Positions 37,548 through 52,000 of a DNA stretch of 64,000 nucleotides are shown here, in pieces; within the stretch, counting starts at the first letter, position 1, and every line of letters begins with the position of its first letter. Under the pieces are notes generated by a model, which worked only from the letters and a program-made list of their open reading frames with translations, ran no database searches and was not told the DNA's origin. This DNA is from Azolla caroliniana. Its lineage: Eukaryota; Plantae; Polypodiophyta. The translations under genes were made by a program, and so were the position numbers. Location of the stretch: positions 17,732,001 to 17,796,000 of the forward strand of contig JBHGNT010000001.1 in assembly GCA_043228905.1 (NCBI GenBank). Direction: 5' to 3'.

Positions 37548-40500
37548 TATTATGGGATGAGGAGAGATAGTAAAATGATAGAGAAGAGAAGAGGAAGAGA
37601 AAATATTAAAGCAATACACTATGAGGAAAATATTAATTCAGTACACTATTAGTAAAATCTTCTTGGAATCTTAAAAGAACAACCCAACTAAAGAACTACC
37701 TTAATCTCAATGGCACTAGTCAATAATATTCTTTGCTTCTTCTCTCTTTCTTCTACTAAGACTCCTTTCACTTCTTCTAGCCTTCTTATTCTTGCTCCTT
37801 CTTCCTTCTCCTTCATATTCTATTCTTCCTCCGTCTTCCCCTTTTTTTGCTAAGAATACCCTCCTATTTATAGGTTTTTGGTTGCGCTTTTCTTTTCTTT
37901 TCTTTTTCTTTTCTTTTTCTTTTCTTTTTCTTTTCTATTTCTTTTCTTTTTACATATCCTCAAGTTTATGTGAGGCGTTTTCTTATATCACTATATCTGC
38001 GTTATCATCCCAAATTGGTCATACAAGAAAGTTATGAATGTTTTCTTTTGAAATTTGGATATTAGATGAAGAAGTTATGAGCTTTTTTCTTTGCCCTGCT
38101 TTCTCTATTTTTTTTTGCGACTTTTTTTCTTGCTTTCTCTACTTTTGAAAAACGCCTCTAACTTTATATTCCTTCAAGCTCCTTCGACTTTTAACGCTTT
38201 AACCTTTCATGTCGTACGTTATTCTTATACACCTTAGCATCCAATATATTTGCCACTGTCTTTTCTTAGGAGCAAAAATTGACTTCACATTTAGCCCCCC
38301 TCCTTGCTTGTTGAGCGAACTATTTATGGTGAGGCTAAAATAGAAAGAAGAGGAAAAAACTCCTTCGCCTTATGGTAGGCTATAGACAAAGAAGGATAAT
38401 AAATACTAAAAATATATCAAATTATTGTGTGAGAAAAATCCTCCGTTAAGTGGCAGGAAACAAATCTCACACTCCTAAACACATCCACCCACACACATTG
38501 ACAATCTCCATTACCATATTTCTACTTGTCAACACAAAGAAAGAGGTTACCACAATTATTATTATCTTCGTCAACTCTCCAAACACAAGTAGGGTCATGT
38601 GATACATAACTCTTGATAGAAGGAAGCATATCAACATATGAATAAACCTTTTAAGGGAGTGAACTATTTGCACAAATACCTTCAAAGTATTGAGACTTTT
38701 TGGAGTTGTCACCTTTTGAATTCCTTCGATCTTTGCTTTATGAACATGAATTACTTCTTGGCACGCCACATTATCTTGTCTTGTATATACAATTATTTCA
38801 TTGAGAATCTGATCTCAGAAAGGAAGCAAAAATTGATCTTGTTTGGTTTAATCAATCAAGGGTTTGAAGTCGATGTCACTCTTCTTTGGAACTGCAACAA
38901 TAGGTGACACACACTTCAAATCTTCGATGTAATAAATGAAACTCACTTGCAACAATTCTTTGAAATCCTTTGTAAGGTCTTCCTTTTTCACAATCCCCAA
39001 TCATTGAAGCTTTTGGGCAATTGGTACACTTTCCTGCAACTTGATGTGGTGCGTGATGCCTTCTCCTCTTATCTATGAATAGACATTTATGAATAAATTT
39101 GGAAACTTAGAAAGAAGAGAAATAAACCTGAGATCCTCTTCTCCGTGGACATTGTTTGAAATTATCTTCTTTTTTCCCTTTATGGTGATAATACAATCTT
39201 CAATGACTTCTCCTTCATCCTTACACAACACATAGAACAATTTCTTTTCTCTATCCCACGACGATCTATCACTTGTTATGCTTTCCTCTTCTTTCTTGCC
39301 ATTGTCGATACTAGATGTTTCTTTCTCCTTTATACATTTGATAACTCGTTGTAAATAAAAGTCATGGAAGATGTTAAACCCCTTTGATGGTGATAATTTC
39401 ATCATACACCAATTCTGTATTATATGTAATTCTTACATCCAAGGTCTTACTAACACTAAGGAACAAGATGGCCCTTTAAGGAGTATTACATGTAAATACA
39501 TGGAAATGGACATGCCAAAACACTCAATAACAACATCCTTTATAACTCCAAAACAAGAGGCCAAATGTTTGCCAACTATGTCTACCCTGGTAGAGGACTT
39601 TTGATAGATAGGATTTCCAATCTTACTCACTATGACATTAGATGTAGGATCAATGCTAATACCACTATCTACTAAGGCATCCTTAATTAAAAGACCTTTA
39701 ACAATTACCAAAATAGTGGGTTGAATATCCTTTTGATATTTCACTTGCACAATCCTCACACAATGTCATGCCTTTATACTTTGTTGTATACTAGATACAA
39801 GTCCCCATTCCTTTTTTAGTGTTGGAGAAAGTTCAAGAAGTTGTGGCCAAGTAATGCCCGGTCCACTAGAGATTAACTCTTGCTTGAGATTGAATGGTTC
39901 CACAACTTTCCCCATAGGCATATCATCAATTTTAATGTTTCCTTTTAGGTCTATCCTCCAGATTAGTGTTTTTAGCCCCTTCTTCTTTTGTTGAGAATTA
40001 ATAGACACTCCATCCAAATCTTTATATATATATGATGCACTAGATATGTTAATATGTGCCACATCACAATATTAACCTATATCATACACAAAGTCAATAA
40101 GATTTACCTTAGGAGGAATTGTTGGAATTTGCACTAAAGTACTTTCCCCTCCCACATTCTTGAGTTGGTGAAAGTTGTTACTAGTGTTGTTTTCATTACT
40201 CTGAAATTGATCCATGACTCGACCCAATCACCTTGTCTTCGTGAAGGATATCGTGTACATATATGTCCCTCAACACCACATGTGTAGCACACGATCACTC
40301 TCCTTCTCCTTTGAGCATCTCGAGTTTGATTAAAATTTTCTTGCATGTTTTGGATTTGTCGAGTACTTTCATCGAGACATTGATTAACTTGCTCCGAGAA
40401 ACTTCCTTCCACGTTAGTTTGAGTTTTTTCTTGCATCACCAGAATATTAGGTTGATATGTCATAAAAACATTAGGGAAAATCCATGCATAATTGATGATT

Positions 40501-40890
40501 GTTGAAGAATAGGAGATTTAAATGTTGCAAAGGTTGAATCCGCTCTCGGTTGTAGAACTTGGATTTGTCTATTGTAAGCTTGACAAGTTTGGACAAGCGC
40601 TTGGAAAGTTGTAGGATCCTTTCTATTTTCTTCCAACGCAAAGTGTGGACTTAATCCTGCTTTGAAACAGTCCATCTTAAACCATTCATCCTCTATTCCA
40701 CCACGTTGTGGGAACCATGTAGTCTAGAGGTCAATAAATTCCCTTTCATAATTGGTATACTCCATTGTTGATGACATTCATAAACAAAAGGGTTCCTCTC
40801 GCACTTCCATCTCATTTCAACATCGAATATACTTAATTTTAAATTGTTTCACCAATAGTTGGTAATTCACTTGTTGGGTTGGTAGCAAGG
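37548..40890 (-). mobile_element. Old AT-rich gypsy remnant: gag, PR and decayed RT with PPT and 3' LTR (~37548-38289)
   Basis: VCYTCGVEGHICTRY, DALVDSGIS and LVLVRPWM; PPT GGAGGGGGGCTAAA followed by TGTGAAG at 38289. The left LTR boundary is approximate. Confidence 0.7.
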
Positions 40891-40894
40891 ACTC

Positions 40895-41773
40895 ATACCA
40901 ATTCCTTGCTCATCCATAAAAAGTGGCCACAAATAAAGGAAGCATGATGTTCAAAGGCGGCCAAGAAAGCTCCGGTATCTTGGACCCCGTCACCTGCAAA
41001 AGCAAATTGAAGCCAAAGCCAACCGAAAGTAGGGGACGAAGAGCTGAGAAAGGCGGTAGAGTCGAAGAGGACAGAGCCGACCAAGTGAGGGCGCAGGACC
41101 AAGACATGGGCAGATGTGGTCAACGGCATGAAGGAGGACGAATCGGAGACAACTGATTCCGACAAGAGCTGGAACGAATCAAAACTAGTTGATTTGATTG
41201 TGAAAAGTGATTTAGACGAGCCAAATCACACAAAGACCAGGCGGACAAGGAGGCACTTAAAGCCGACGTCGAGATGGAGGAGCCGACAAGGCGAGGGGCG
41301 CCAATACCCCGACTGTGAGTGAGTTGAGAAGGGCCTGAGTAGTAGACAAGCCGATTGTAAAGGTCAAGGTGCGCGAAACCAGACGAGTCAAGAACCACCA
41401 GACCGAAGGGATCATAGGATGTAGGACCGAACTGGACGAGGAGTGCGAGCGAGGCATTGGGATGCCAAGAGAAGCTGGAATGACGAACCAACTCAAGCTG
41501 ACACGGAGGGACCTCAAGTTGAGCTTGAGGGGGGGTGTCGAGAGACAAACTCAATATGGGCCAAATTGGCTAAACAAACCAAGAGTCGGGCGCCGAATCG
41601 TTCGGGTGTGCAAAGTCAGATGAAATCTGAAAACGCCGTTGAGGGAGTATAGTCTTATTTCCAAGCTAATTAGCTATTGCCAAGCTAATTCACTACTTCC
41701 AAGCTATTTAGTTACTTCCGAACTAAGTAGTTATTGCCAAGCTAATTAGCTACTTCCAAGCTATTTAGCTATT
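40895..41773 (+). mobile_element. 3' extension, PPT and truncated 3' LTR (from 41536) of a copia family 2 variant
   Basis: TWADVVNGMK..ESETTDSDKSWNES; CCTCAAGTTGAGCTTGAGGGGGGG then TGTCG; ~19-bp CCAAGCTAATTAGCTA repeats at 41660-41773. Confidence 0.8.
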
Positions 41774-42955
41774 TGTTGAGCGAGCAAGCTCAACCGGATC
41801 CAGATTGGCTGAATAAGCTAGAGCCGGATCTAGATCTAAAATGGAGAGCCTGATCGGTATCAGAAACCAAGAGCCGGATCGGATTGAAACCGGTAGGCTG
41901 TTAGAGGCCTACAGATCTAGCGTAGTACATAGGCATATTTTTGGGAGTCTGTGTCAGTCACTCATATGAGCATTGAAGTACCTGTCAGTAACTCTGTCAA
42001 TCGTTTATGGACTTGTATAAAAGTGTTGTTTGAGCACATTCTATGTAAAAAGTGTTATTATTTCGAATTAACTTTTTGCTTTTTGCTCTCTCTTTCTCTC
42101 CCTTGCATAAGGTCTCCATTAAACCTTTCTTCTCAATATTCTGTTGTTACCTGGTACATCCGGTTTTGTCTCATAAGCTTCCACATGTTTACTTTAACAT
42201 GGTGTCAGAGCATGAGGGTTGACACTCCTCTACAGCCGACAGACGCATTCGAAGAAAAAAACCTAACACTCGGTGAAGAACAAAAGAGAACCAAAAGATA
42301 GACAGAGGAATGGCAAGTTTGCTTCCGACTGAAAAGCTCAACCGGAGCAACTATGCGTCTTGGTCGTACAAAATGCATCAGTACCTACTAGGGCATGGTT
42401 ACTGGAGCTATGTGGGAGGAACGAATGGGGTAGCGTTATAGCCGGCACACAAGGAATCCCTAGCATGGGAACAAGGAGTGAGTAGAATGCTTTACTGCCT
42501 CGCCTCCTATGTGCCTGACTAGATGCTTGGCTAAATCAAAGATGCAAAAATGCCAAAGGAGGCCTAGGAAAATCTCTGGAAGAATTTCGTTGCAAATAGC
42601 ACAACCTGTAAGTTGTAGCTCTAGCAAGAGCTGAACAACATCCGAAAGAGAGATATGTCGGTTGCGGAGTACACAACCAAATTAAAGGAGATTTGTGACA
42701 TGCTCGGGTCTATCAATGTGATGGTGGATGAAGACAAAATGGTCCAAATCTGCCTTGGTGCTCTAGCACAACGGTACAGGCCAATGCGGACGACAATTTG
42801 CACTCGGGAGAAGCCACTGTCCTTTTTCAACCCGCAATCTATGTTCATGGTTGAAGAAAACCACGCAAGTGGGTCTAGGACCACTAAACCGGACAACCAA
42901 ATGTTGTACACAGAGGCGGATCAGCCCCGTGGGTGTGGAGGACGAGGTGGGTCGG

Positions 42956-45900
42956 TGACAAGAACTACACGCTCTGATGAACAACGCTCGGCCACAACCG
43001 AGCCTAGAATAAAACACAGAAATCAGGGAATGAAAAGCACAACACAATAGAGAGAAGAGTACACAGGATGTTTACGTGGAAAACCCAAACTCGGGAAAAA
43101 CCACGGCAGCCCACAGACCGCAAACTATCACTATATCAGAATGTACAATAAGAAAGCACCGAGGCCACGACCTCGAGCTTGCTATCTTCGCCACAGGCGG
43201 CGGTTACAACAAAGGCAATGACCTCTTACTCTCTCTCACTCTCTCTGTGCACTGTTACGCACTCTAATCTTACACCAACAAGAATGACAACAACATTTAC
43301 TAAGTTTGCCCTAAGTCATATTTATACTAATATGCCTTTTCGGCTATTTACAAATATAGCCCCGATGGACTCTCAAAAACATATTTACGAATATGTCCCT
43401 TCATCCGGTGAGCACTCCTCACCGGGCCTGGATCATCCGGCGCTTGTCGGGCACACGTCATCCGGTTCTCACCGGGTCTTCTGTTGTCGGGTACTCCACA
43501 TCCGGTTCTCACCAGGTCTTCACCATCCGGCTCTTGCCGGGTACTCGTCATCCAGTTCTTACCGGGTACTCCTCATCCTGTTCTCATCGGGTCTTCCGTG
43601 GTTGGGTACTCCTCATCCGGTTCTCACTTCCCATCCGGAGGGAGCTATTTCCTAAAAAACTCCCCCTTCACTCCGGCATGGGATGTCTTACTAGTTCGAT
43701 CCACTTCCGACATGCATCCGGCTTGTCTGGTACCAATACTTTGGTCAGCATATCTGACCCGTTCTCGGCTGTGTGGATCTTCGTCAGCACGAACTATCGA
43801 TCTTCTACTCGCTCCCGGATCCAGTGATACCTACGTTGGATGTACTTCGTCCTGGAGTGATACGTTGCGTTCTTGGTAAGGTGGATGGCACTTTGACTGT
43901 CGCAATAGAGCCGGTATTCATCTTGCTGGATACCGAGCTCTCCGATGAAGTCCGTCATCCATAATATTTCCTTGCCGGCTTCCACAGCCACCATGTACTC
44001 CGCTTCCGTGGTTGACAACACAATTGTCTTCTATAGCCTCAACTGCCACGAAACAGCTCCCCCTACATATGTCATTACATACCCGGATGTAGACCGGCTG
44101 GTATCCACATCAGCCGACATGTCCGAATCGGTAAAACCGTCAAGTTGAGGTTTACCGGAGCCGAATCGGAGACACGTGTTCGAAGTGCCCTTCAAGTACC
44201 GGGGTATCCATTTGACCGCGTTCCAGTGCTCCTTGCCGGGATTGCTCATAAACCGGCTCACCACTCCGACTGCGTATCCTATATCTGGTCGGGTACACAC
44301 CATTGCGTAAATTAAGCTCCCGACAACAGAGGCATAGGGAACCTTCATCATATCAGCCTTCTCTGCTTTCGTCTTCGAGCTTTGCTTACCGGATAATCTG
44401 CAGTTTGTTGGGACTGTCGATCCGACCGGTTTTGATTCTAACATGTTGAACCGCTGAAGCACCTTTGTCACGTATTTCTCCTGTGACAGACACAATTGCT
44501 TCGTTGGCCGGTTCCGGATGATATGCATCCCCAACATCTGTCTTGCCGGACCCAAGTCTTTCATTGAGAAGGTCCTGTTGAGAGCCTTCTTCAGCATTCG
44601 TATTTTGGCTTGGTCCCGTTCGACGATCAACATGTCATCCACGTACAGAAGGAGCATCAGGAAGTCGCCTCCTTCGAATTTCTTCACAAACACGTAGTGA
44701 TCGGCCTGTGTCTTGTGGTACCCTTGATCGGTCATGAAGGAGTCGAACTTCCGGTACCATTGTCGGGGAGCTTGCTTCAGTCCGTACAGGCTCTTCTTCA
44801 ATTGGCAAACTAGGTGCTCCTTTCCTTTCTCCATGAATCCTTCCGGTTGCTGCATGTAGATCTCCTCTTCGAGGTCACCGTGAAGGAATGTCGTCTTCAC
44901 GTTTAGCTGCTCTACCTCGAGGTCCATGCTTGCCGCTATACTCAGCACCGTCCGGATGGAGGTCATCTTTACTACCGGGGCAAATATCTCGTCGAAGTCC
45001 ACGCCCTTCTTCTACTGGAAGCCCTTCACCACAATCCTGGCTTTGTACCTCAGGGCGTTGCCGGCATCTCCCGGTTTCAACTTGTACACCCACTTGTTTC
45101 GGAGTGCCCGCTTTCCTTTTGGCAACTCCACCAATTCATACGTATGGTTCTCATGCAGGGAATCCATCTCATACTGCATGGCACTTAACCATTTGCGGCT
45201 ATGGGCGTCACTTTTAGCTTCCTCGAAGCTTTCTGGCTCCCCCTCATTGGTTAGCAGCACATGCTCTGCATTCGGAAATCTCTGGGGGGGCCTTCTCTCT
45301 CTGAGAGGATATCTCTGTCTCTGGGCTTCGATAACCGGCTCCTCCATTTGCTCTTCATCCGAATCCGATTCGGGGTCTTGGTCGGTTCCGGTTTCAGCTT
45401 CCTCTACTTCTTCTTCTGCCGGTTCGGTATCCTCACCATAACCGGTTGGTTCCTCGAGTGCTAACCGGTCTCTTGCCGGTGGGGTCTGCTCGTCATAGAA
45501 TCGATCCTTACCGGTCGACTCGGAGTTCATTATCTTCTTCTCCAACTCCTAGTCGGCGAGCGTCTTGTCCTCCATGAAGATAATATCTCGATTCCGGAAT
45601 ACCTTATTGTCGACCAGGTCCCACACTCCGTAGCCGAACTCATCATCGCCGTAACCGAGGAATATGCTTGGCCAGGTCTTTGGATCCAACTTTCCTCTCC
45701 GGTCCTTAGCAACATGCACGTACGCAAGACACCCGAATACCTTCAGATGTTGGTAGGACACTTCCTTACCAGTCCAGACTCTCTGTGGCGTGTCTCCGTC
45801 CAAGGGTACTGAGGGTGATTTGTTTATCACATATGTCGTCGTCGAAAGTGCCTCAGCCCAAAACTTCTTGGGTAGTTTTGCATGCGCCAGCATGCCCTCC

Positions 45901-48413
45901 GGACCCTCTCCATTATGGTCTGGTTCATCCTCTCAGCCAGCCTGTTTAGTTCCGGCGTCTTTGGCACGGTAAATTCGAGCCGGATTCCCTTCGAGCGACA
46001 ATTCTCCTCGAACTGCCCCCGGTATTCACCTCCGTTATCTGCTCGAACCGCCTTCAGCTTCCGGCCGGTTTCTCTTTCCACTCTCGCATGGAGCTCTTTG
46101 AAGACAGATAGCACATAATCCTTCGTCTTCAATGGTGTGGCCCACAGCTTCTGGCTGTGGTCATCTATGAACGTCACGAAGTACTACGATCCTGCATGTG
46201 ACTTCGTGTCCACTTGACACACATCAGTATGCACCAACTCCAGTGGTGCGTTACGTCTCATCGGTGGCCTTGGTCGGAAGGAGGTCCGGTTTTGCTTACC
46301 GGCCAGACAATCAGTGCACTTCTCCAAGTGCACGTTCTTCACTGGAATGAGGTTGTCGTCTGCAAGCCTCTTCATACCCTTCTTGCTCATGTGACATAGC
46401 CTTTTGTGCCACAGCTCACCGGCAGTGTCGGATTCCACGTTCACTTCCTCCGGACATAACCGGGCATTCATCAGGTACAACATGTTTACCTTCCAGGGCC
46501 GAGCCACAATCAGGCTCCCTTTGATAAAATTCATAACACCATTCCGGATGCTACCCATGTAGCCTTCATCATCTAGCTGACCGGCTGATATTAGGTTCAG
46601 ACGAACCTCCGGAACGTGTCGGACATCTTTCAGCAGCAGCTTGCATCCGGTTGGTGTTGTCAACCACACATCTCCTATGCCGACAATTCGGCATGTACCT
46701 TCATTCCCAATCCGGACATAGTCGTGATCACCGGCTGAGTAGGATGAGAAGCATTTCCGGTCCGGGGTAAGCTGGAATGACGCTCCGGAGTCGACCACCT
46801 AGGTCATCTCGTCGCCGGCAAGGTTTAGCTCGCTCTCTTCAGTGATGAGCATCAGTTCTTCTTCACTTGCCGCGATTGCCGTCGTTCCCTTCTGGTCCGG
46901 CCTCCTCCGGTCTTTACCATTCCGGTCCGGTGTCCACTTCGAATCGGTACCATCAGTTTCCTTGTCTTTTCGGAAGTGTCGACAGTTCTTCTGGAAGTGT
47001 CCCGGCCTGCCGCAATAGAAGCAGGTAGGCCTCCCCCTTGACTTTGACCGTGTCCCCAACTTCTCACGGTTCTGGGGACTACGGTTCCTTTGTCTTCCGC
47101 GTTCCGATTCGGTGAGTAGCGCTTTGGAGTCGGATCTCGTATCCTTATCTTTCCGACGCGCCTCCTCATCTAGCAAGCTCGACTTCACTCTTGCTAGGGA
47201 TAACTGTTTCCCTTCCGGCCCAGCGTTTCCCAAGGTGACAAGCAACGTCTCCCAGCTATCTGGGAGGGAACCGAGCAAGAGTAGTGCTAGTACCTCATCG
47301 GCAAGAGGTACTTCCAATGATGTCGCCTGGTGTATCAGCCCCTGGAAGGCATTCATGTGCTCCGCCATGCTGGAGTCATCTTGGTACCGGAGTCTTACTA
47401 GCTTCCGTCATACCGAAACCTGGTTAACAACATTTTTGTTTTGAAACATAATGCCGATCTTCTCCCAGAGCTCATGAGCCTTGCTCTCTTCATTGAAGTT
47501 GTTGTATAGGCTCATGTCGATGAAGCACCGTATGTAAGCCATTGTCTTCATGTGCATCACCTCCCATATCGTGGCGTCGATTTTGTCCAGTCTCTTGTCC
47601 CCGAACTGAACCGGCAACCAAAGATCTTTAACCACGAGCATGTCCCTCACCTTTGACTTCCACACCGAATAGTTGGAGCCGGTGAGCTTGAACATACCTC
47701 CCAACGAGTTGTCCATTTTCTGTGTAACCTCGCTCTGATACCACTTTGACAAGAACTACACGCTCTGATGAACAACGCTCGGCCACAACCAAGCCTAGAA
47801 TAAAACACAGAAATCAGGGAATGAAAAGCACAACACAATAGAGAGAAGAGTACACAGGATGTTTACGTGGAAAACCCAAACTCGGGAAAAACCACGGCAA
47901 CCCACAGACCGCAAACTATCACTATATCAGAATGTACAATAAGAAAGCACCGAGGCCACGACCTCGAGCTTGCTATCTTCGCCACAAGCGATGTTTACAA
48001 CAGAGGCAACAACCTCTTCCTCTCTCTCACTCTCTCTGTGCACTGTTACGTGCTCTAATCTTACACCAACAAGAATGACAACAACATTTACTAAGTTTGC
48101 CCTAAGTCATATTTATACTAATATGACTTTTCGACTATTTACAAATATAGCCCCGATGGACTCTCAGAAACATATTTACGAATATGTCCCTTCATCCGGT
48201 AAGCACTTCTCACTGGGCCTACATCATCCGGCGCTTGCCGGGCACACGTCATCCAGTTCTCACCGGGTCTTCCGTTGCCGGGTACTCCACATCCGGTTCT
48301 CACCGGGTCTTCCGTTGTTGGGTACTCCACATCCGGTTCTCACCGGGTCTTCCGTAGCTGGGTAGTCCTCATCCGGTTCTCACTTCCCATCCGGAGGGAC
48401 CTGTTTCATAACA
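42956..48413 (-). mobile_element. Full-length degenerate Tork-like copia (copy F, Gag type I)
   Basis: LTRs 42956-43657 and 47747-48413; TSD GTCGG; PBS 47732-47743; gag-pol 47716->43668 with multiple stops and frameshifts. Confidence 0.96.
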
Positions 48414-49054
48414 GTCGGCATGTAAGGAATCACCGCTTGGATTCACCTTCTTCACTCGGCCACAACCGATTAATCGCGGATCAATGTAGCAGAAAATAGG
48501 AAATACAGAGAAAGACGCGATACACAGGGATTAACGTGGAAAACCCTATACGGGAAAAACCACGGGAGTGCGAGACTCCGAACCAAACTATGCACAGAGA
48601 AATATACAATAGCGAGCTGCAAGGCAACGACCTTGAGCTCGCTGTCCTCGCCACAGGCGGCGGAAGTACACAGAGGCGTCTACCTCTTCGTCTCTCTCGC
48701 GCTCTATCTCTCTCTCTCTCTCGGCTGCTCTCACTTCGCATGGGAAAAATGAGCAACAACATAAACTGTTTGCCCTAAGTCATATTTATACATATATGAC
48801 TTTTGGGCTATTTACAAATATAGCCACAAGGGCTCTTAGCAAACATATTCACAAATATGTCCCCGCATCCGGATCCGTATCCGGGTACTCTTCATCCGGC
48901 TCCGTAACCGGGGTCTTCATCATCCGGATCCGTATCCGGGTACTCTTCATCCGGCTCCGTAACCGGGGTCTTCATCTTCCGGATCCGTATCCGGGTACTC
49001 TTAATCATCCGGACATCCCATCCGGAGGGACCGAAATCCCAACAAACTCCCCCT

Positions 49055-52000
49055 TCACTTCGGCATGGGATGTCTCTCCAACCCGATCCTCTTCCGGCAT
49101 GTTTCCAGCTTGTCGGGTGTGAGCACCTTGGTCAGCATATCCGACCCGTTCTCGTTCGTGTGGATCTTCGTCAGCACGAACTCCTTGTCTTCTATCCTTT
49201 CCCGGATCCAGTGGTATCTACGCTGGATGTGTTTCGTCCGGGAATGGTAGGCCGCGTTCTTTGCAAGGTGGATGGCACTCTGACTATCGCAGTAGAGTCG
49301 GTACTCCTCCTGCCGGATTCCGAGCTCTCTAATGAAGTCCTTCATCCATATTATTTCCTTGCCGGCTTCAACAGCTGCCATGTACTCCGCCTCCGTGGTT
49401 GACAACGCAACCGTCTTCTGCAGCCTCGACTGCCACGAAACGGCTCCCCCTGCATACGTCATCACATACCCTGATGTGGACCGGCTGGTATCTGCATCAG
49501 CCGACATATCCGAATCGGTGAAACCGTCGAGTTCGGGTTTACCGGAGCCGAATCGGAGGCACACGTTTGCCGTGCCCTTCAGGTATCGAAGTATCCACTT
49601 GACCGCGTTCCAATGCTCTTTGCCGGGATTGCTCATGTACCGGCTCACCACTCCGACTGCGTATCCGATGTCCGGTCTCGTACACACCATGGCGTACATC
49701 AGGCTCCCGACAGCTGAGGCATACGGCACTTTCATCATATCCTCCTTTTCAGCCTTTGTCTTGGGACTTTGCTTGCTGGACAACTTGCAGTTTGCCGGTA
49801 GGGTTGATCCGACCGGTCTTGCTTCCGACATGTTGAACCGTTGAAGCACCTTTGTCACGTACTTCTCTTGTGACAGCCACAACTGCTTCTTGCTCCGGTC
49901 CCGGATGATGTGCATCCCTAGTATTTGCCTCGCCGGACCCAAGTCCTTCATTGAGAAGGTTCGGTGAAGAGCCTTCTTCAGCATCCGTATCTTGACCTGG
50001 TCCCGTCCGACGATCAACATGTCGTCCACGTACAGGAGGAGTATTAGGAAGTCTCCTCCTTCGAACTTCTTCACAAACACGCAGTGGTCAGACTGCGTTT
50101 TGAGGTACCCTTCGTCGGTCATGAAGGAGTCGAATTTCCGGTACCATTGCCGGGGAGCCTGCTTCAGTCCGTAAAGGCTCTTCTTCAACCGGCATACCAG
50201 GTGCTCCTTCCCTTTCTTCTCGAATCCTTCCGGTTGCTGCATGTAGATCTCTTCTTCGAGGTCACCGTGAAGGAATGCCGTCTTCACGTCCATCTGTTCT
50301 ACCTCGAGGTCCATGCTTGCCGCTATGCTCAGCACCGTCCGGATGGAGGTCATCTTCACTACCGGGGCAAATATCTCGTCGAAGTCGACGCCCTTCTTCT
50401 GCTGAAACCCCTTCACCACGATCCTGGCTTTGTATCTCGGGGGGTTTCCGGCATCTCCCGGTTTCAGCTTGAACACCCACTTGTTTCGAAGTGCCCGCTT
50501 TCCTTTCGGCAACTCCACAAGTTCATATGTGTGGTTCTCATGCAGGGAATCCATCTCGTCCTGCATGGCACTCAACCACCTGCGGCTCTGGGTGTCATGC
50601 TTTGCTTCTTCAAAGCTCTCCGGCTCCCCCTCGTCGGTTAGCAGCACGTGCTCTGGTTCCGGAAATCTCCGGGGGGCTCTCCTCTCTCTTAGAGGATATC
50701 TCCGTTCGGGAGCTTCGGTAACCGGTTCTTCCGATTCTTCTTCTTCATCCGAATCCATTTCGGGATCGGGGCCGGTTCCGGTATCATTTTCATCTTCTTC
50801 GGCCGGTTCTGTTTCTTCACCGTCTTCGGCCGGGTCCTCGAGTGCTAACCGGTCCCTTGCCGGTCGGGACTGCTCCTCGTAGAGTTGATCCTCACCGGTC
50901 GACTTGGAGCTCTTCATCTTCTTCTCCGACTCCCAGTCAGCGAGTGTCTTGTTCTCCATGAAGATGATATCACGACTCCGGAATATCTTCTTGTCAACCG
51001 GGTCCCATACTCGGTAGCCGAACTCGTCGTCGCCGTAACCGAGGAATATGCATGGCCGGGTCTTTGGATCTAGCTTTCCTCTCCGGTCCTTTGCCACATG
51101 CACGTATGCGAGACACCCGAACACCTTCAGATGCCGGTAGGATACTTCCTTACCGGTCCACACTCTCTGCGGCGTGTCTCCGTCCAAAGGTACTGAGGGT
51201 GATCTGTTTATCACATATGTCGCCGTCGACATTGCCTCAGCCCAAAATCCCTTGGGTAATTTCGCATGTGCCAGCATACTCCGGACCCTCTCCATTATGG
51301 TCCGGGTCATCCTCTCGGCCAGCCCGTTCAGTTCCGGCGTCTTCGGCACAGTAAACTCGAGTCGGATTCCCTTCGAGCGACAGTACTCCTGGAACTGCCC
51401 CCGGTATTCCCCTCCGTTATCCGCTCGTATCGCTTTCAGCTTCTTGCCGGATTCCCTTTCCACTCTCGCGTGGAGTTCTTTGAAGACGCACAACACTTGG
51501 TCCTTTGTCTTCAACGGTGCCGTCCACAGCTTCCGGCTGTGGTCATCAATGAATGTCACGAAGTACTGGGCTCCGCCATGTGACTTCGTCTCTACTTGAC
51601 ACACGTCAGTGTGCACCAACTCCAATGGTGCGCTACGTCTCGTCGGTGGCCTTGAGTGGAAGGAGGTTCGGTTCTGCTTACCGGCCAGGCAATCGGTGCA
51701 CTTCTCCAGGTGCACATGCTTCACTGGGATAAGGTTGTCTTCTGCAAGCCTCTTCATCCCCTTCTCACTCATGTGGCACAGTCTCTTGTGCCACAGCTCA
51801 CCGGCAGTGTCGGCTGCCACATTCAGCTCTTCCGGACATAACCAGGCATTCATCAGGTACAGTGTGTTGACCTTCCGGGCCCGAGCCACTATCAAGCTCC
51901 CCTTGCTGAACTTCATGACACCGTTCCGGATGCTACCCGTGTAGCCTTCATCATCTAGCCTCCCGGCCGAAATCAGGTTCAATCGAACCTCCGGAACGTG

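Noticed and set aside
37740-37960. Hydrophobic Phe-rich ORF suggesting an env-like transmembrane protein
   Set aside because: It is the translation of a T/C-rich low-complexity tract within an LTR.
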